DNA of 64,000 nucleotides from Antedon mediterranea (lineage: Eukaryota > Animalia > Echinodermata): assembly GCF_964355755.1 (NCBI RefSeq), contig NC_092671.1:10168001-10232000 (forward strand), read 5' to 3'. The position numbers were made by a program, and so were the translations under genes. The stretch's first letter is position 1; every line of letters begins with the position of its first letter. The notes under the pieces were generated by a model. The model was not told where the DNA came from. It did not search any database and worked only from the letters and a program-made list of their open reading frames with translations. Positions 1 through 12,250 of the stretch are shown here, one piece after another.

Positions 1-186
1 GAAAGATAAAAATACGATAAGCTATAACAACTATTGATTAGTTGTTGACTTGTTAAACTTTTTTAAAGCGCCACCAGCGGCGAATAACTCAAGCAAAGTT
101 TCATGTCCAGATCTTTTACGAACATTGGATCATCAACAAGAAACTTTTACCAAATCAAGAAAAGTCTTCAATATAAATATAAATAC

Positions 187-3100
187 CTGTATCAGTATCT
201 GGTATCTCAACAATTTTATACACAGGTGCGCCCTCTCCAGCTTGGTTGAACGCTCTCAACTTGATGACGTAACTCGCGGATGGTCTCACATTAACATAAG
301 TATACGATAACTTGTTGCTGTCCAATTCTTTGATAACGACGTCAGGAAGATTCTTGCCAATACCAAGTATATATCCACGTACTATAGTGCCTTGCTCGCT
401 ATCTGGAGGTTCCCACATGATGTGTATGGCGTCTGATCGTGGGATAACCGTCAAAGATTCCACTTGAGGAGGTACTCGTGATTCGTCTACGAAATATATT
501 ATTATATACCGTTGATTTTTATCAAGAATTTTTGTTATTGTCACCTTTGTAAGTAACAAGTTTGTAAGTCTAATACAAGTGTTCTACCTACCTTATCATA
601 GTAGACCATTGGACAAAAAGAATTAAAACCATTGATAGCTTCTTAAACAAATATAACTTGTAAATCAGAGTTTATAATTAGGCTAATTATTAACATCATT
701 TCACATGGCAGTATATAAAAAAAACTTGGGTAATCAAAAGCAAAAGATGAATTACGTCTTACCTGGCACTCTTGTCACTTCTAGTTTTGCTCTGGCAAAC
801 TCGGGTCGAAAACTCGTGTCCATCGGACTATTTATCTCACAGATGTAAGTAGAAGAATCATCCTTGTTAACGTTATTAATTGTCAAAATTTCACCACCCT
901 CGCTCAACAAATATTTATCATTTGGTACAATGTCATATTTCAGTTTCTTCCATTTTATCTCCGGTTTAGGAACACCGTCTGCGCGGCATCTAAGAGTGAC
1001 GTCATTCCCCTCTGTCGTTTCAATGTCTTCTGGTTTTTCAATGAATGTCGGTGGAACTAGAACGGTTAATACAGCATCTGCTGTTATGCGACCTGCCCAA
1101 TTCTCTGCAACACACGTGTAGGTCCCGGCGTCTTCTTTCACTGTACTGCTGATAAAGAATACGCCTTCCATTAGAGTTTCCAGAAGACGTCCTTCTATGA
1201 CTGCCGCCACTGAACTATTGCCATCTATAAGGAAAATGGGAACAATCCATGTTGATATACAAATTGGGGAATTCTCTCTGTAAAAACCTATGTAATTTAA
1301 ACAAATCACAATGACAAATACACAGTTTCAGCAATAACAATTTGCATTACCTTTCAACCACGAAATAACAGGTTTTGGATATCCATAAACCGAACACACC
1401 AAGAACGACGGACTGCCAGATTGTGCGGAAGCATTCCTCGGTTTAGACAGGAACTCTGGTGCCTCTAACAAAACATAAATTCATTGTTGGTATCGTGAAA
1501 TAACGCGTTAAAACTAAAATTATACAGCCCTATTGTAACCAACATTTCTCTAATTCACATAACTAAGGCGATCGCCCTTCAAATTTCTTCTAATCAAAAA
1601 ATTGAAATAATATTAAAAATTAGATTGAGAATGAATAATAACTTAACTAATTCATATTTTTATTTAAAAAAACACACAATTATATTATTATCACACTAAT
1701 TTCTGAATGACAATAGCATACTCTTTGTAATCTCGTGGTGTTGGTATGAAACGTTTTCCGGTAACTCAAACTGATAGTGAACCAAAAAGTGACCAGACAC
1801 CGTACTTGGTCCTGTATAAAACACATTGAGTTGCTGCTGTGTTGACGTGACAATCAATGGTAGATCTAAACCATCCCGACTGGAGATAGAAGCCATTTTC
1901 CTTGTCTTTTGGTCTCTATCAGTAAACGTCTGAAATACCATCGATTCACGAATCAAAAACTTTGTTGGCACGGACTCGTTATTGGTCTCTGGTAAGAAGT
2001 CTAATTGCGTTATGTTGATAGTGACTTTCTTGTTCGCAGGAGCCGTAAAGCGGTATCGACATCGAACGTAGGAGGACTTTATGAACTGCATGATGGTTCC
2101 AGAAGAAGGAGAATCTGCAGTTATCATAACTCCGCAGTCTGTAGACAAGGAAATAGATTATACGATGGTAAAATAAAAACTCAAAAAGAAAACTCGAAAG
2201 GATACAGATTTCTGTTTTAAAAATGTATATTGAAAGAATTCGACTAATAAATAATAAGAATATGTGTTGTAATGAAGACTAGAAAACAACCCTATTAAAA
2301 TAAACAAAGAAGGGTTATACAGCATTTTAAATTATCGCATGCTTTTATTATCATGTAAGACGGCAGTAAAATAATTACTGATGATAGCAAAAATGTAAAA
2401 GTTTCAACAACCCTCACCTTCTGGATAAGAGACAATATTTGAGGGCGGACTTTCCATATGCAACATCTGAGTGGTAACCCTAAAGTAATATTTTTTATAT
2501 GGTTCAGGAAGACGGATTGTTCTCTGCTGTGTCACTGACCATTCTTCAAGCGGCAATGTTTTGTTTTTGGTATAGTAAACATTATATGCTTTACCCGAGG
2601 AAAAAAAAAACCACACAATATCAAATCATCATAATCATTAATTACCTATCGATTAATCGATAAAGAACTTGTGAGCAAGATGTACATTACGATTTAGTAA
2701 ATTTAATGTAGACCTAAAATAGAGGTTTAATATAAGGGATACTAAAGAGAAGAAAAAGCTTTTCATTTCATATGACTAAATACTTTGAAAGCATTATTAT
2801 AATAATAATAATAATAACAATAATAATAATAATAATAATATTATAATAACAAATACTCAATCAATCAAAAACTATTACATTATTCTTATACTTCAATAAT
2901 AATCCAATAATTGTTTTTTTTAATAAAAAATACAACAATTACTGCACTCACAATATCCAGTTGTCCTCGCTACGACTTTAACTCCGTCACCATGTCCTAC
3001 AACACGCAATAGCACAGGTGCTGCAAAAACAATAACAATATTATATATATGCCACTAAAGCTCTGTCTACACTGTCAAAATAGTTTGACAAAAAAGTTTG

Positions 3101-5208
3101 ATGTGACCAAATATGGTAGTGATATGGCCAAATATGGTAGTGATATGACAGCATCATGTCTATATTATACATTTTTTGTCACATAAAATTTGATAGTGTA
3201 GACAAAGTCTAAGACTTGATGTTACCGCGCTCTTTAAGAAAGATCTTCCAAGCTTTCACAATGTAAACTCCTACCAATAATATTCATTTATGCTAACCAA
3301 AGAAACATTTAAAGTTGTCTAGGGGAGTATACATCTGTCTTGGGTTATCATTTCAATGAGTAGGCCTACGTTGCGTAAAATCAAAGTTCTTTACCTTCGA
3401 GTGTTGCTCCCCACTCTAGAGGATCGTTGGTCGTATTCATCACCGATGTACTATGCGGACTCTTTGATCTTCCCTTTGAAACCATAACTACAAATACATA
3501 CGTTGTCAACGGCAGAAGCTTGTCTATCAATACAAAATCCGTATTCATCACCTCAATTTGTTCATTTCTAGTTATAAATGAGAAAATATATATATATAAA
3601 AGTGATGCCACAATAATATTTTTAAAAATTAAGTCTATATTGCCGCCAACTCATTACAAATATAATTTAACTAAAATGTAAGAGAAAAATAATAATAATA
3701 ATTAATAAAATGTATATACACTGACCAGGGAGTTGTAAAATAAGTAGGCCCTAAGTTGTAAAATACAACTCTTTGCACTGACGCATTAAACATCTATGCT
3801 TAAATACAATTAATTTCAAATCAGTTAAATTATGTTAAAAAAAACAAGTGGCTTACTCTCCAAGTTCGCCTAATTCGATCTGTTCTGGGACTACTTTGTA
3901 GATGATCGTATAAGTCAATTTTCCTCGAACTTGATTCGGATCTTTCCATGAAACACGAATGCTGAAGGGGGAAATGGCTTCAGCTGCGAGGTCCGTTGGT
4001 GCCTGCAGCTCTCTCCGCTTGCTGTCAACACTGCAATTAATTAACGAATACTGGTGGTTTGAGTGAGGTAAACACTTTACTAATAATTCTTAATTATTGT
4101 TAATCTGTATTGCCTAGATAAAATATAGCATTTCAACAAATATATCTGAAAATATCAACCAAAAATAATATCAAAAAATCTTTCAAAAAAGATAATACAA
4201 AAACAAGCAGCAAAGAGAACAAGCAAAACACTTTCCTCCAATAAGAAATTCATTTTGAGTTTAAATATTATTAATTAGGCTTTGACTTCATCATGAATTT
4301 CTTCCCACATTCGCGGGAAAATATGAATTACTGATCGATGCAGGCAGTTAGTCCGTGCATACAAGTGTATTGACGCAAACATTTTTTACGAATACTTTTT
4401 GTGGAGACAAACAAAAAATTCACAATGTTTTTTCGTCTCTTTATTTGCAGTTACCATTTTTTTTATCTGAAATTATTCAGCGGAGCTTCTGGTAACTCTA
4501 ACAGATGATGATGATGATGAATAAAGTATATACATTAATATAGTGTTTAAAAACATTCGGTAATTGAACATAAACGGCAAGAGTGTAATGCAGGGGATTG
4601 ACATAATAATATAGTGATTCTAGTGTTTACTCACATCAGGGGTCTTTATGATGAGCTATTTCAAGATTATTGAGAGCTTTATTGAAATCCAAAACACATG
4701 CTAAAACGAATAAGCAATCATGTACGCCAGGAGAAAGCACCGCAAGTGGTAAAAACTAGAACAGACAATGGCCTTGACTTTACGGGCTAAGAACACGATT
4801 TAACATGGTGTGACCAAAATATAAAAATTAGTCGTCACTGTACAGATTTTAATTACCCAATATTGCCTTTAGGGGTACAGTATATTCAGGGAATAAGATA
4901 TATTCTATACTATTATTGACAGATAAATCAAAATACACTAGCAATACTGCCTAAACCATCGCACGAACATAAACTCTCTTATTCGCACGTAAAGGCTTTA
5001 ACAGGTTAAACATTTGCCGTAAAGATAAAGCAAGGAACAACGATACATTAAAGAAATAAGGTAGCTGAGCTAACTTATGTAGAACAATATACCTATAAAC
5101 AATGTCGAATATATTATAAATAAGAAAAAAAAATACTTAAGCTTACTTGTCGAGACATCCGGTAATTATCACCAACATAGGAAGTAAAACGGACCACAAA
5201 TTTGTCAT
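187..5208 (-). CDS. Signal-peptide cell-surface/secreted protein, FN3-FN3-CUB-Ig-Ig-FN3..., with DCC/neogenin-like FN3 domains; 3' part lies beyond the left edge
   Basis: Phase-compatible GT-AG exons: 5147-5208 (MTNLWSVLLPMLVIITGCLD, signal peptide), 3857-4030 and 3395-3567 (FN3: APTDLAAEAISPFSIRVSW...LLPLTTYVFVVMVSKGRSKSPHS), 2952-3020 and 2418-2588 (FN3: YNVYYTKNKTLPLEEW...YYFRV), 1722-2138 (CUB: DCGVMIT...CRYRFTAPANKKVTINITQLDF...FLVHY), 1351-1464 and 763-1224 (two I-set Ig domains with DAGTYTC and DSSTYIC), 187-486 (FN3: DESRVPPQ...YVIKLRAFNQAGEG). The donor at 1722 and acceptor at 2588 are less certain. Confidence 0.88.
2795..2850. repeat. (AAT)n microsatellite
   Basis: Direct reading. 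Confidence 0.9.
3059..3209. mobile_element. ~150-bp Harbinger/Tourist-like MITE family A
   Basis: TIR AGCTCTGTCTACACT(A/G)TCAAA, internal tandem CCAAATATGGTAGTGATATG, flanked by TAA. Six copies in the window. Confidence 0.85.
4117..4213. repeat. Dispersed repeat fragment (inverted copy at ~24980-25072)
   Basis: GATAAAATATAGCATTTCAACAAATATATCTGAAA...AATACAAAAACAAGCAG matches the reverse complement of 24980-25072. Confidence 0.7.
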
Positions 5209-6381
5209 GTTTCTAATTGTTCGTCCGCGACTGGAGACAGACGATACTGGTAACGAATTCACAAAGTTACAAAATAGATTTCTTTACTAAAAACATCAAG
5301 CTTCGTCTCTTCTACTTCAGACAAAGGGTTGACCCTCGTTAAATAGATACTAGGCGTCTGTTATTACTATCACTGTTTAAAATACGGAAACGAAATGTGT
5401 TTTAAACCCGGTTGAAGCCTATAGCCAGTAATGCCATCATAGCTGAATGACGTGAAGATTCGTTGTGAGTGATTGAGTCCCGACGAACGCATTGCCTCAT
5501 CAAAGCAGCAAGGTGTCCAATTTCAGTGCTTACCTAATTTCTATTCATTACGGATTTACAAAGGTATTAGAAAGCATAGAATCAAACTCCTTATTATTGT
5601 CTGAATTTTAAAAGAACTTACCCCTAGGCCGTATTTTTGCTTTTCAAAAAATAAAATCAGATAAGAAAATAAAAGGACGTTAAATAACATCGATGTTAAA
5701 GTGTTCTTCTAGCATTGGAATTAACTCTCAAAACACTATATATGTATTTTCTTTCTATATAATTTATTTATAATTGTCTAGGCCCATACTCTTTTCAGCT
5801 TAAGCACATATTACGCTGATTGGTAATTTATATTTTCTCAATAATATAATGTGGACTGTAATATAAGTAATATTGATGACACAGTAAAAATAACGCAACG
5901 CCTTGTTCTAAATTTCAATTTCTTGGCCCCAATAATGTTCCTTATAAACGTGAACAAGTCTTAACTGCCTCCTGTCTACATACAATTTCCGTTATTATCA
6001 ATTTCTTTCCTGTCGTTATACTATTTTGGCTTACAATGATATACCCTTTATTTTGCACTGTCAACAAATTCGCGATGGACTTGGAACTAAATCTAAAAAT
6101 AGTTTCAGAGATTGGAAAGCAAGTTGTGCTCATAAAACGTTTCGTTTTTCCCTAAACAAAATCATCCATATCTGCTGCAAAACTAATAAAATCATATTTA
6201 GGCCTAGGTATATAATGTACGATGAGCTACTATATATACAGATCCACATCCCTTAGGAAAATACTGATACTGTAGTAGTTTGATCATGAAGATAATACCT
6301 CCATGATTTAATATTATTTACAGTCCTTTAATACAGTTTATATATAAATTTATATGTATATATTTTGCTTCATTCACTAGG

Positions 6382-9300
6382 CTACATCATAATATCATGA
6401 AGATTTCGTTCAGTATAATCTTGGTCGTCGACTCCCGATCCTCTTGCCTTATCCATCAAATTTGCTAACTCCTTCTCTGCACCTGAGGTATCATTTAAGT
6501 CTAAGAAGAAATGTTCCAAAATTATTTTGCTTTAAAGATTAGAATTTAACTTATGTACACTGAACGATGGCGACATCAGGTGGTTGATAGACCGTCCATT
6601 TTTTATGGTGGTTGTGGTAGCGATGGTATGAGGGGAACGAGATGGTGATAATGTTGGTATAGCGAGGTAGCCGGGGTATAGCGAGATGGTGATAGATAGT
6701 GTAAGCAAAGGGTAGGCCTATGTTTAAAATGAGAATGGTATAAATTACTACACGCGTAAGATGACGATGATGGTGCAAAGCGATAGATTCACAGTGCCAT
6801 GGAGAGGACCAACTTTGCGCAGTGGTGCCTTCTATATACTGCGACGATGATGATGATGATGATGATGTCAGTCAATAGTCAGTGGACTACTGTTAAAACG
6901 ACGAAAGCTTCAGCCAAAATGATGATATGAAAAATTGTTATAGTGTGAAAGGTGGTTATTTGCTAATGCAGCCGTTGAAAAATAATCAAAGTACTAAAGG
7001 CGAATTACTATCAATGTTTTCCTGTAAGATCTTGTGTATCTCATCAAAGTCAACTCCGTTGTTTAAAAGAAGTTGAATATCAGACACCAAAGCCGCTATT
7101 AACACATCTGCAACTATAAATACGTAAGACGTTGTAACACTCTCTTGGAAACTTGTTGATAGTTATTTCTATTGAACCTTTCGTCTCGCAATTCAATCTG
7201 TGTTCACATTCACAAATGCAGGTACATTCACACTAAGATACCCATTGGTATTGAGTAAAGACCGACACAAAATACTGGCCAATTTAGTCAGCAGAATAAA
7301 AAAGTGATAATTCATTCCAAGCTAAAATAAAGATTTGGTGTTACCTTTGTCATTACCAGATATTTCTGACTCTTCTTCTTCAGACTTTTGGTAATTTTCT
7401 TCTTTACTCTTTTTTAATTCTTAAATGCGAAAATAAGGATAGACAATTAACTATTTTACCATTTATCAGGAAGAAAGAATGATTGAAGTTGACGTCACTT
7501 AAATCGTTCTCTTGTTAATGCAAGAAATTAGCAATACCAGGCATGAGTTCTAGACATGGTGTGTCGTCCACACCTGTGTAATCAGCCCGGTAGGCTGCGA
7601 GTCGCTTTCCCCCTATTTACACTTTATTTTAAATTCTAAAATGGTGTTCTTAGAATTTATTGTGACGACCGTATTTACAGTGCAAATGCTCTTATGACCA
7701 GACTCCTTATAGGCCTCATGCTTTTAAAAGTAAAAGGCAAAGTGTATGAATGATTTCACATACAAACGTACCTTTCACTGCTCCAAGTTCTTCGGATGCA
7801 AAAGGAGTATCAGCGAACATTCCCGAGTGCACACCTCGGTTCGGAATCTCCATATTTTTCTCCGGTGCAACTCGTAAAAGATCGCTCGATTTAACATGAC
7901 CAAAGTAACCCATAGGGTCAAAACCTATACAAAGAAAATGAGACAGAACACAGAAGTTTGATGTGAAGTAAAGGAGATTGTAGAATAGCAAAACAAAAAT
8001 ATTTATTATTTCAAATATTAGTATACAGTTGCAACGTACCGTTATCTTGATTTTCACTTTGTTTTTCTTCCACTTTTTCAAGACGCTAAAAACACATAGA
8101 ATAATTAAATTAAAACCGAGTTTATCCATGTAAAATTATTACGTTTTTATTGTGAACCCGCGTCAATTTTGTTCTGGTCCGACCGTGTGCCGGCTTAGAA
8201 GATAAATTGTTTATTATTATAAATAATAATTACAACAACATTAATCATTACCAACCTTTTGTAATAGTTGCTTTTCCGTTTCTAATAGCTCAAATTTTGC
8301 TAGCATGTCGCCCTCTATAGTTTCAGTTTGCGTTGAAAGTTTTTTGTTTTCAACATCATCCTCTGTTCGCTTTATCTGTCTGTTGTTGGATCCTTCTAGA
8401 AAATGATTTTCTTCACCCAAATTGTTTTTAATATTCTCAGATGACGTAATATCTATATTATCTCCTTCAATCTGCTTCTTATTTTGCTCTGTATTATCAT
8501 CGTTTGAGTACGTCTGAGAAAGTTCGTTCAACTTTTCAAAATATAACAGGAAAACAAATTATGTAGCCTATTTATCAAATAAAGCCGTCGGCGTTTAGGG
8601 ATAATAAAAAAACAAGAAACACAATCGTTGATCTAGTCAAAAGATGATGACAAGTTTGAATGCCTTACCCCTTTCCCTATATCTTCAATCTATAAACAAA
8701 AACATTGTGAAAATTAGACAGAACAGTAAAAGCATAAATGATTAAGTGTATCACATTATTTAGGACTATTCATTGTGAGGAGCAAAATCTAAGAAATAAA
8801 TTAGTTGTACAATATTTCATTTTAAAATAATAATAAAATAATAATGCGCTGCTCTCACAGCATTTATTAGGTCCAATATAAAAACACATAAATTCGTTTT
8901 TTGTACACTATTTTAAAAGAACGAATAAATATATAAGAACATAATATACACTATACAAAATTGCACAAAAAACATTATACACAATAAATTACAGAATTAA
9001 ATTATCTAGTAACGGTGTTGTTGAAAACTGTAATTGACTTAGGGATAAATGATTTGGAATAACTATAAATTAGAATGTACCTGTTTCTTTAAAAATTCAA
9101 GCTGCAAATGAAAAAAAAAATATCGGCATAAATATTAGACCTGGGCCTATTTATTTATTTTAAGATAAGAAGTTTTGTCAATATATAGATAAGAAACTCA
9201 TAACTCATAACTCTGACATGCAGGTGGGCTATAATAGGAGGTTTTTCACGACGCTGGTAAACTTTTTTTCACGCGCATTTTAAAGATGCACTTGGTTATG

Positions 9301-9731
9301 ATGTGAACTTAATTATTCAGTTTTAAGTACTCTTACTTACCTTGTCTTTATTTAGATCAACCAGACGAGAACGGACACCGTCTATTGGCAAAGAAAAACA
9401 AATCCACATCATATTATATACAAAATGCATCCATAGATTCTGGCTGCAAAAACTGAGCCTTCCAAACCTGTTAATGTACCAGTTTATTATGTTTGCATAT
9501 ATTTTGGGGAGAGAGAGTGACATAGGTGAGAGGCACCCTACTACTTCTGTCCGGTCATGCGCACAAACAAAATTCAGTATAATACTACAGTAAAATTAAA
9601 TGACCTACCATTCAAGATTATATATCTACTTATCTAAAAATGAAAAAGTATAAACTACCTTCGTTAATTGGTGCGCAATAAACAGAAACAAAAAGAAAGA
9701 CGAAAACGAACAAACTCAAAAAAGCGTTCAT
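6382..9731 (-). CDS. Orphan secreted acidic protein (~260-320 aa), prohormone/granin-like
   Basis: Exons 9659-9731 (MNAFLSLFVFVFLFVSVYCAPINE, signal peptide), 9341-9381, 9081-9101 (21 nt, LEFLKKQ), 8669-8689 (21 nt, IEDIGKG), 8252-8531, 7772-7924, 7538-7612 (GGKRLAAYRADYTGVDDTPCLELMP, weak acceptor), 7345-7419, 7009-7107 (DVLIAALVSDIQLLLNNGVDFDEIHKILQENID) and 6382-6500 (ends ...ERNLHDIMM*). All are GT-AG and phase-compatible with no internal stop. No family recognised. Confidence 0.75.
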
Positions 9732-9946
9732 AACGAATTCGGAATAACTCTGTTCTCTTTGAGGAACTTTAGTTTGAAAACGAGATGTTTGATACAATAA
9801 ACACTGCAAACAGTAATGACGCGTTGGACTTTGATATTTACTGACCTGTAAATTATGTGTACACTATCGTTGCGTATTTTTAGTTCAATCAATACACACC
9901 TTCATCACTGACACACAAGCTGCACAGGTCTATAAACAACAAGAAA

Positions 9947-9953
9947 ATGGCAG
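9947..9953 (+). CDS. Candidate alternative first coding exon of DAZAP2 (ATG GCA G)
   Basis: AAAATGGCAG|GTACGT: good ATG context and a phase-1 donor compatible with the acceptor at 10985. The upstream leader shares GCTGCACAG and AAGAA..AAATG with the 10491 first exon. Confidence 0.45.
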
Positions 9954-10490
9954 GTACGTACTGTATTTAATGTTACCGTAATTGTAACCTTGGATAGATA
10001 TAGGTCCGGGTTAAAACATTAGTTTATAGGCGCGATAAAGGTGCGCATTTCAATACTAAAATGCAGTATGTGATCTTGTCTATCCCCCCTTCACAAACAC
10101 AACACGGCATATACTTATACCTCAGTAGGCCTACTGCACAGTACAGTTGGTAGGGCATATAATTTTCATAATACAGTTAACCGATTTAAACAATACTTAT
10201 TGCATATTCTCAACACTTTCGGTCACCTCATGTGATATATTTTGTTATACTGTACATACTGTTATAATATATGAATCATATTTTTTGTTATTTTTCTGGA
10301 AATATGAAACTCAAAATCACATGCCCTACGTCATAGGAAGTGCGTCATAAAAGAGGGCGCTTTTCTGGCTATTAATAGCTATAACGTAATTATGCAAATT
10401 AGTATATTATAATGTAAATTGTAAACACACAGCAGAACACAGCAAAATACTCGCTGCACAGATACTGTTATTTTAATCAAAAGAACTAAA

Positions 10491-12250
10491 ATGCCGTTCG
10501 GTAAGAAAGGTAAGTCATTCTACAACATAGAAGAAGAGTACTGTTCTACGGTGGAGACTATCTTACTAGGCCTCTACTAGAACACATTGACTTTTTCTGG
10601 GCGGGTTTGACTAAAGTATGGAAGTCTTAGGCCTAGGCCTAGGCCTAGCTAGACACTTCTAGTAGGATTTTTCATCATTTCGGTCGCGATCCATTTCAGT
10701 CGTACTTAATTTCGGCCGTAAATTAATGGATTTCGGTCGCAGTACCACTCGGCGTTGTAACATTAACTATTTTTGTATGGAGCACCGTTTTGGCTACAGT
10801 AATAATAATTTGCTTACTGGATTAAAAATAAAAAAACAAACAAAAAACAATTAAATTAGGCCTAGCCTAGGCCTAATTACATTATTTTATTTGGTCTAAC
10901 TCTATTATTTAATATAATATAACTAAGAAATGAACTCTGGTCATTAAGAAGTAGTAAGCCTAATATATTTGATGTTTTTTCCAGAGAAGAAAAAGAAGCC
11001 AGCATATCCAGTACAACAGCCAGCATACCCAGTGCAACAGGCTGGAGCCTATCCAACCCAACAGGGTTACCCAGCTCAACCAGGATACCCTCAGCAACAA
11101 GGGTACCCACCTGTGCACTACCCACATGCTGCTGCAGCTGGTGGTTTTCAACCTACCCCTCCACCAGGGTATGCACCACAAGGGCCACAGGGTCCACCAC
11201 CACCATACACTGCTCAACCCCAGGTAGGAATTTAACTGTGCTGTTGGATTAATGATAAACTATAATTAGCCTTTGTCATTGTTGGTGTTCATACAATCTT
11301 ACTGTATCACATTGATACAACACGAAAATTAATTATGCCTTTACAACTAGTTACAAAGACAAGTATTGACAGTGGAATATAGCATTCATATTTTAACTTT
11401 TCTTTTTATCATTTTTCGTAGAACTTTGCAGCACCTCCAATGAGTCAGCCACCAATGCCTCCTGCACAACTTCAACAAGGAGGTACATTAGTGGTTCAAG
11501 GAGGATTTGATGCTGGTGCAAGGAACCCAACATCAATCCCAGTAAGTTTATCAACTCATAGTTCACAATCCTAGTTTTAATAAAGTCTAATTTCTGAATG
11601 TCAGTTCAGTTCACATCATTAAACAATTTATAATAAACAGAGTTATAGGAGACTTTTGTTTCATTTTTAAATTTACTTTAAACAGTACATAATATATCAT
11701 TACCAAAACGGATAGATTCATTATACTGAGCTGGGGTTTTGGCCGATTCAGGCAAGAAATGTTTCAATGAATATGTGTTGTAATACAGTAGTTCAAACAA
11801 TGCCATTGTCCTCCTCCTACTGAAATATTTCAGTAAATATACGCTCCAGTAGTTTTGAAAAGAGGCTTTGAAATACAATTCAGACTGTGATTCAAGGTGA
11901 AAGGTCATAATCAAAGTTGTATTTTGTTATTTCTTTCCTGGTACTCTAATAAGGGAAAATACAAATTATTAGTTTCTAAAAAGGCAATTAAAATAATACC
12001 AGCATTTAATATTTACACACAATAAGAATAACAAACTTACTTTCCAACACATGTCTTTTTCAACATGCACCATGTTTTATTCATGATATTAAAACTAAAT
12101 AAATTCATGTTTCCCATTTAGCCTCCTCCTCCAGGCTACGCTCCAAACCATGCACAAATGGCAGCAACTCAAGGACAGAACGTGGTGGTGACACAACGTC
12201 AGGGCAACTGGATGACTGGTGGTTCCGATGGTGGCTATGTTGTTTGGTAA
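10491..12250 (+). CDS. DAZAP2: DAZ-associated protein 2 (proline/tyrosine-rich)
   Basis: Exons 10491-10509, 10985-11223 (YPxQ repeats, PPPY), 11422-11541 (..VVQGGFDAGAR..) and 12122-12250 (PPPPGYAPNHAQMAATQGQNVVVTQRQGNWMTGGSDGGYVVW*), 168 aa. The C-terminus matches the vertebrate DAZAP2 ending (..QGANVLVTQRKGNFFMGGSDGGYTIW). Confidence 0.93.

Noticed and set aside
6551-6870. His-rich minus-strand ORF 6551-6778
   Set aside because: Low-complexity GAT/GGT-rich intronic sequence running into a (GAT)n microsatellite.
7590-7615. Resemblance to the U1 snRNA 3' end (GCG..CGCTTTCCCC)
   Set aside because: No U1 5' ATACTTACCTG or Sm site; better explained as a minus-strand coding exon.
10877-11217. 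Minus-strand Trp/Leu-rich ORFs
   Set aside because: Antisense shadows of the Pro/Gln-rich DAZAP2 exon.
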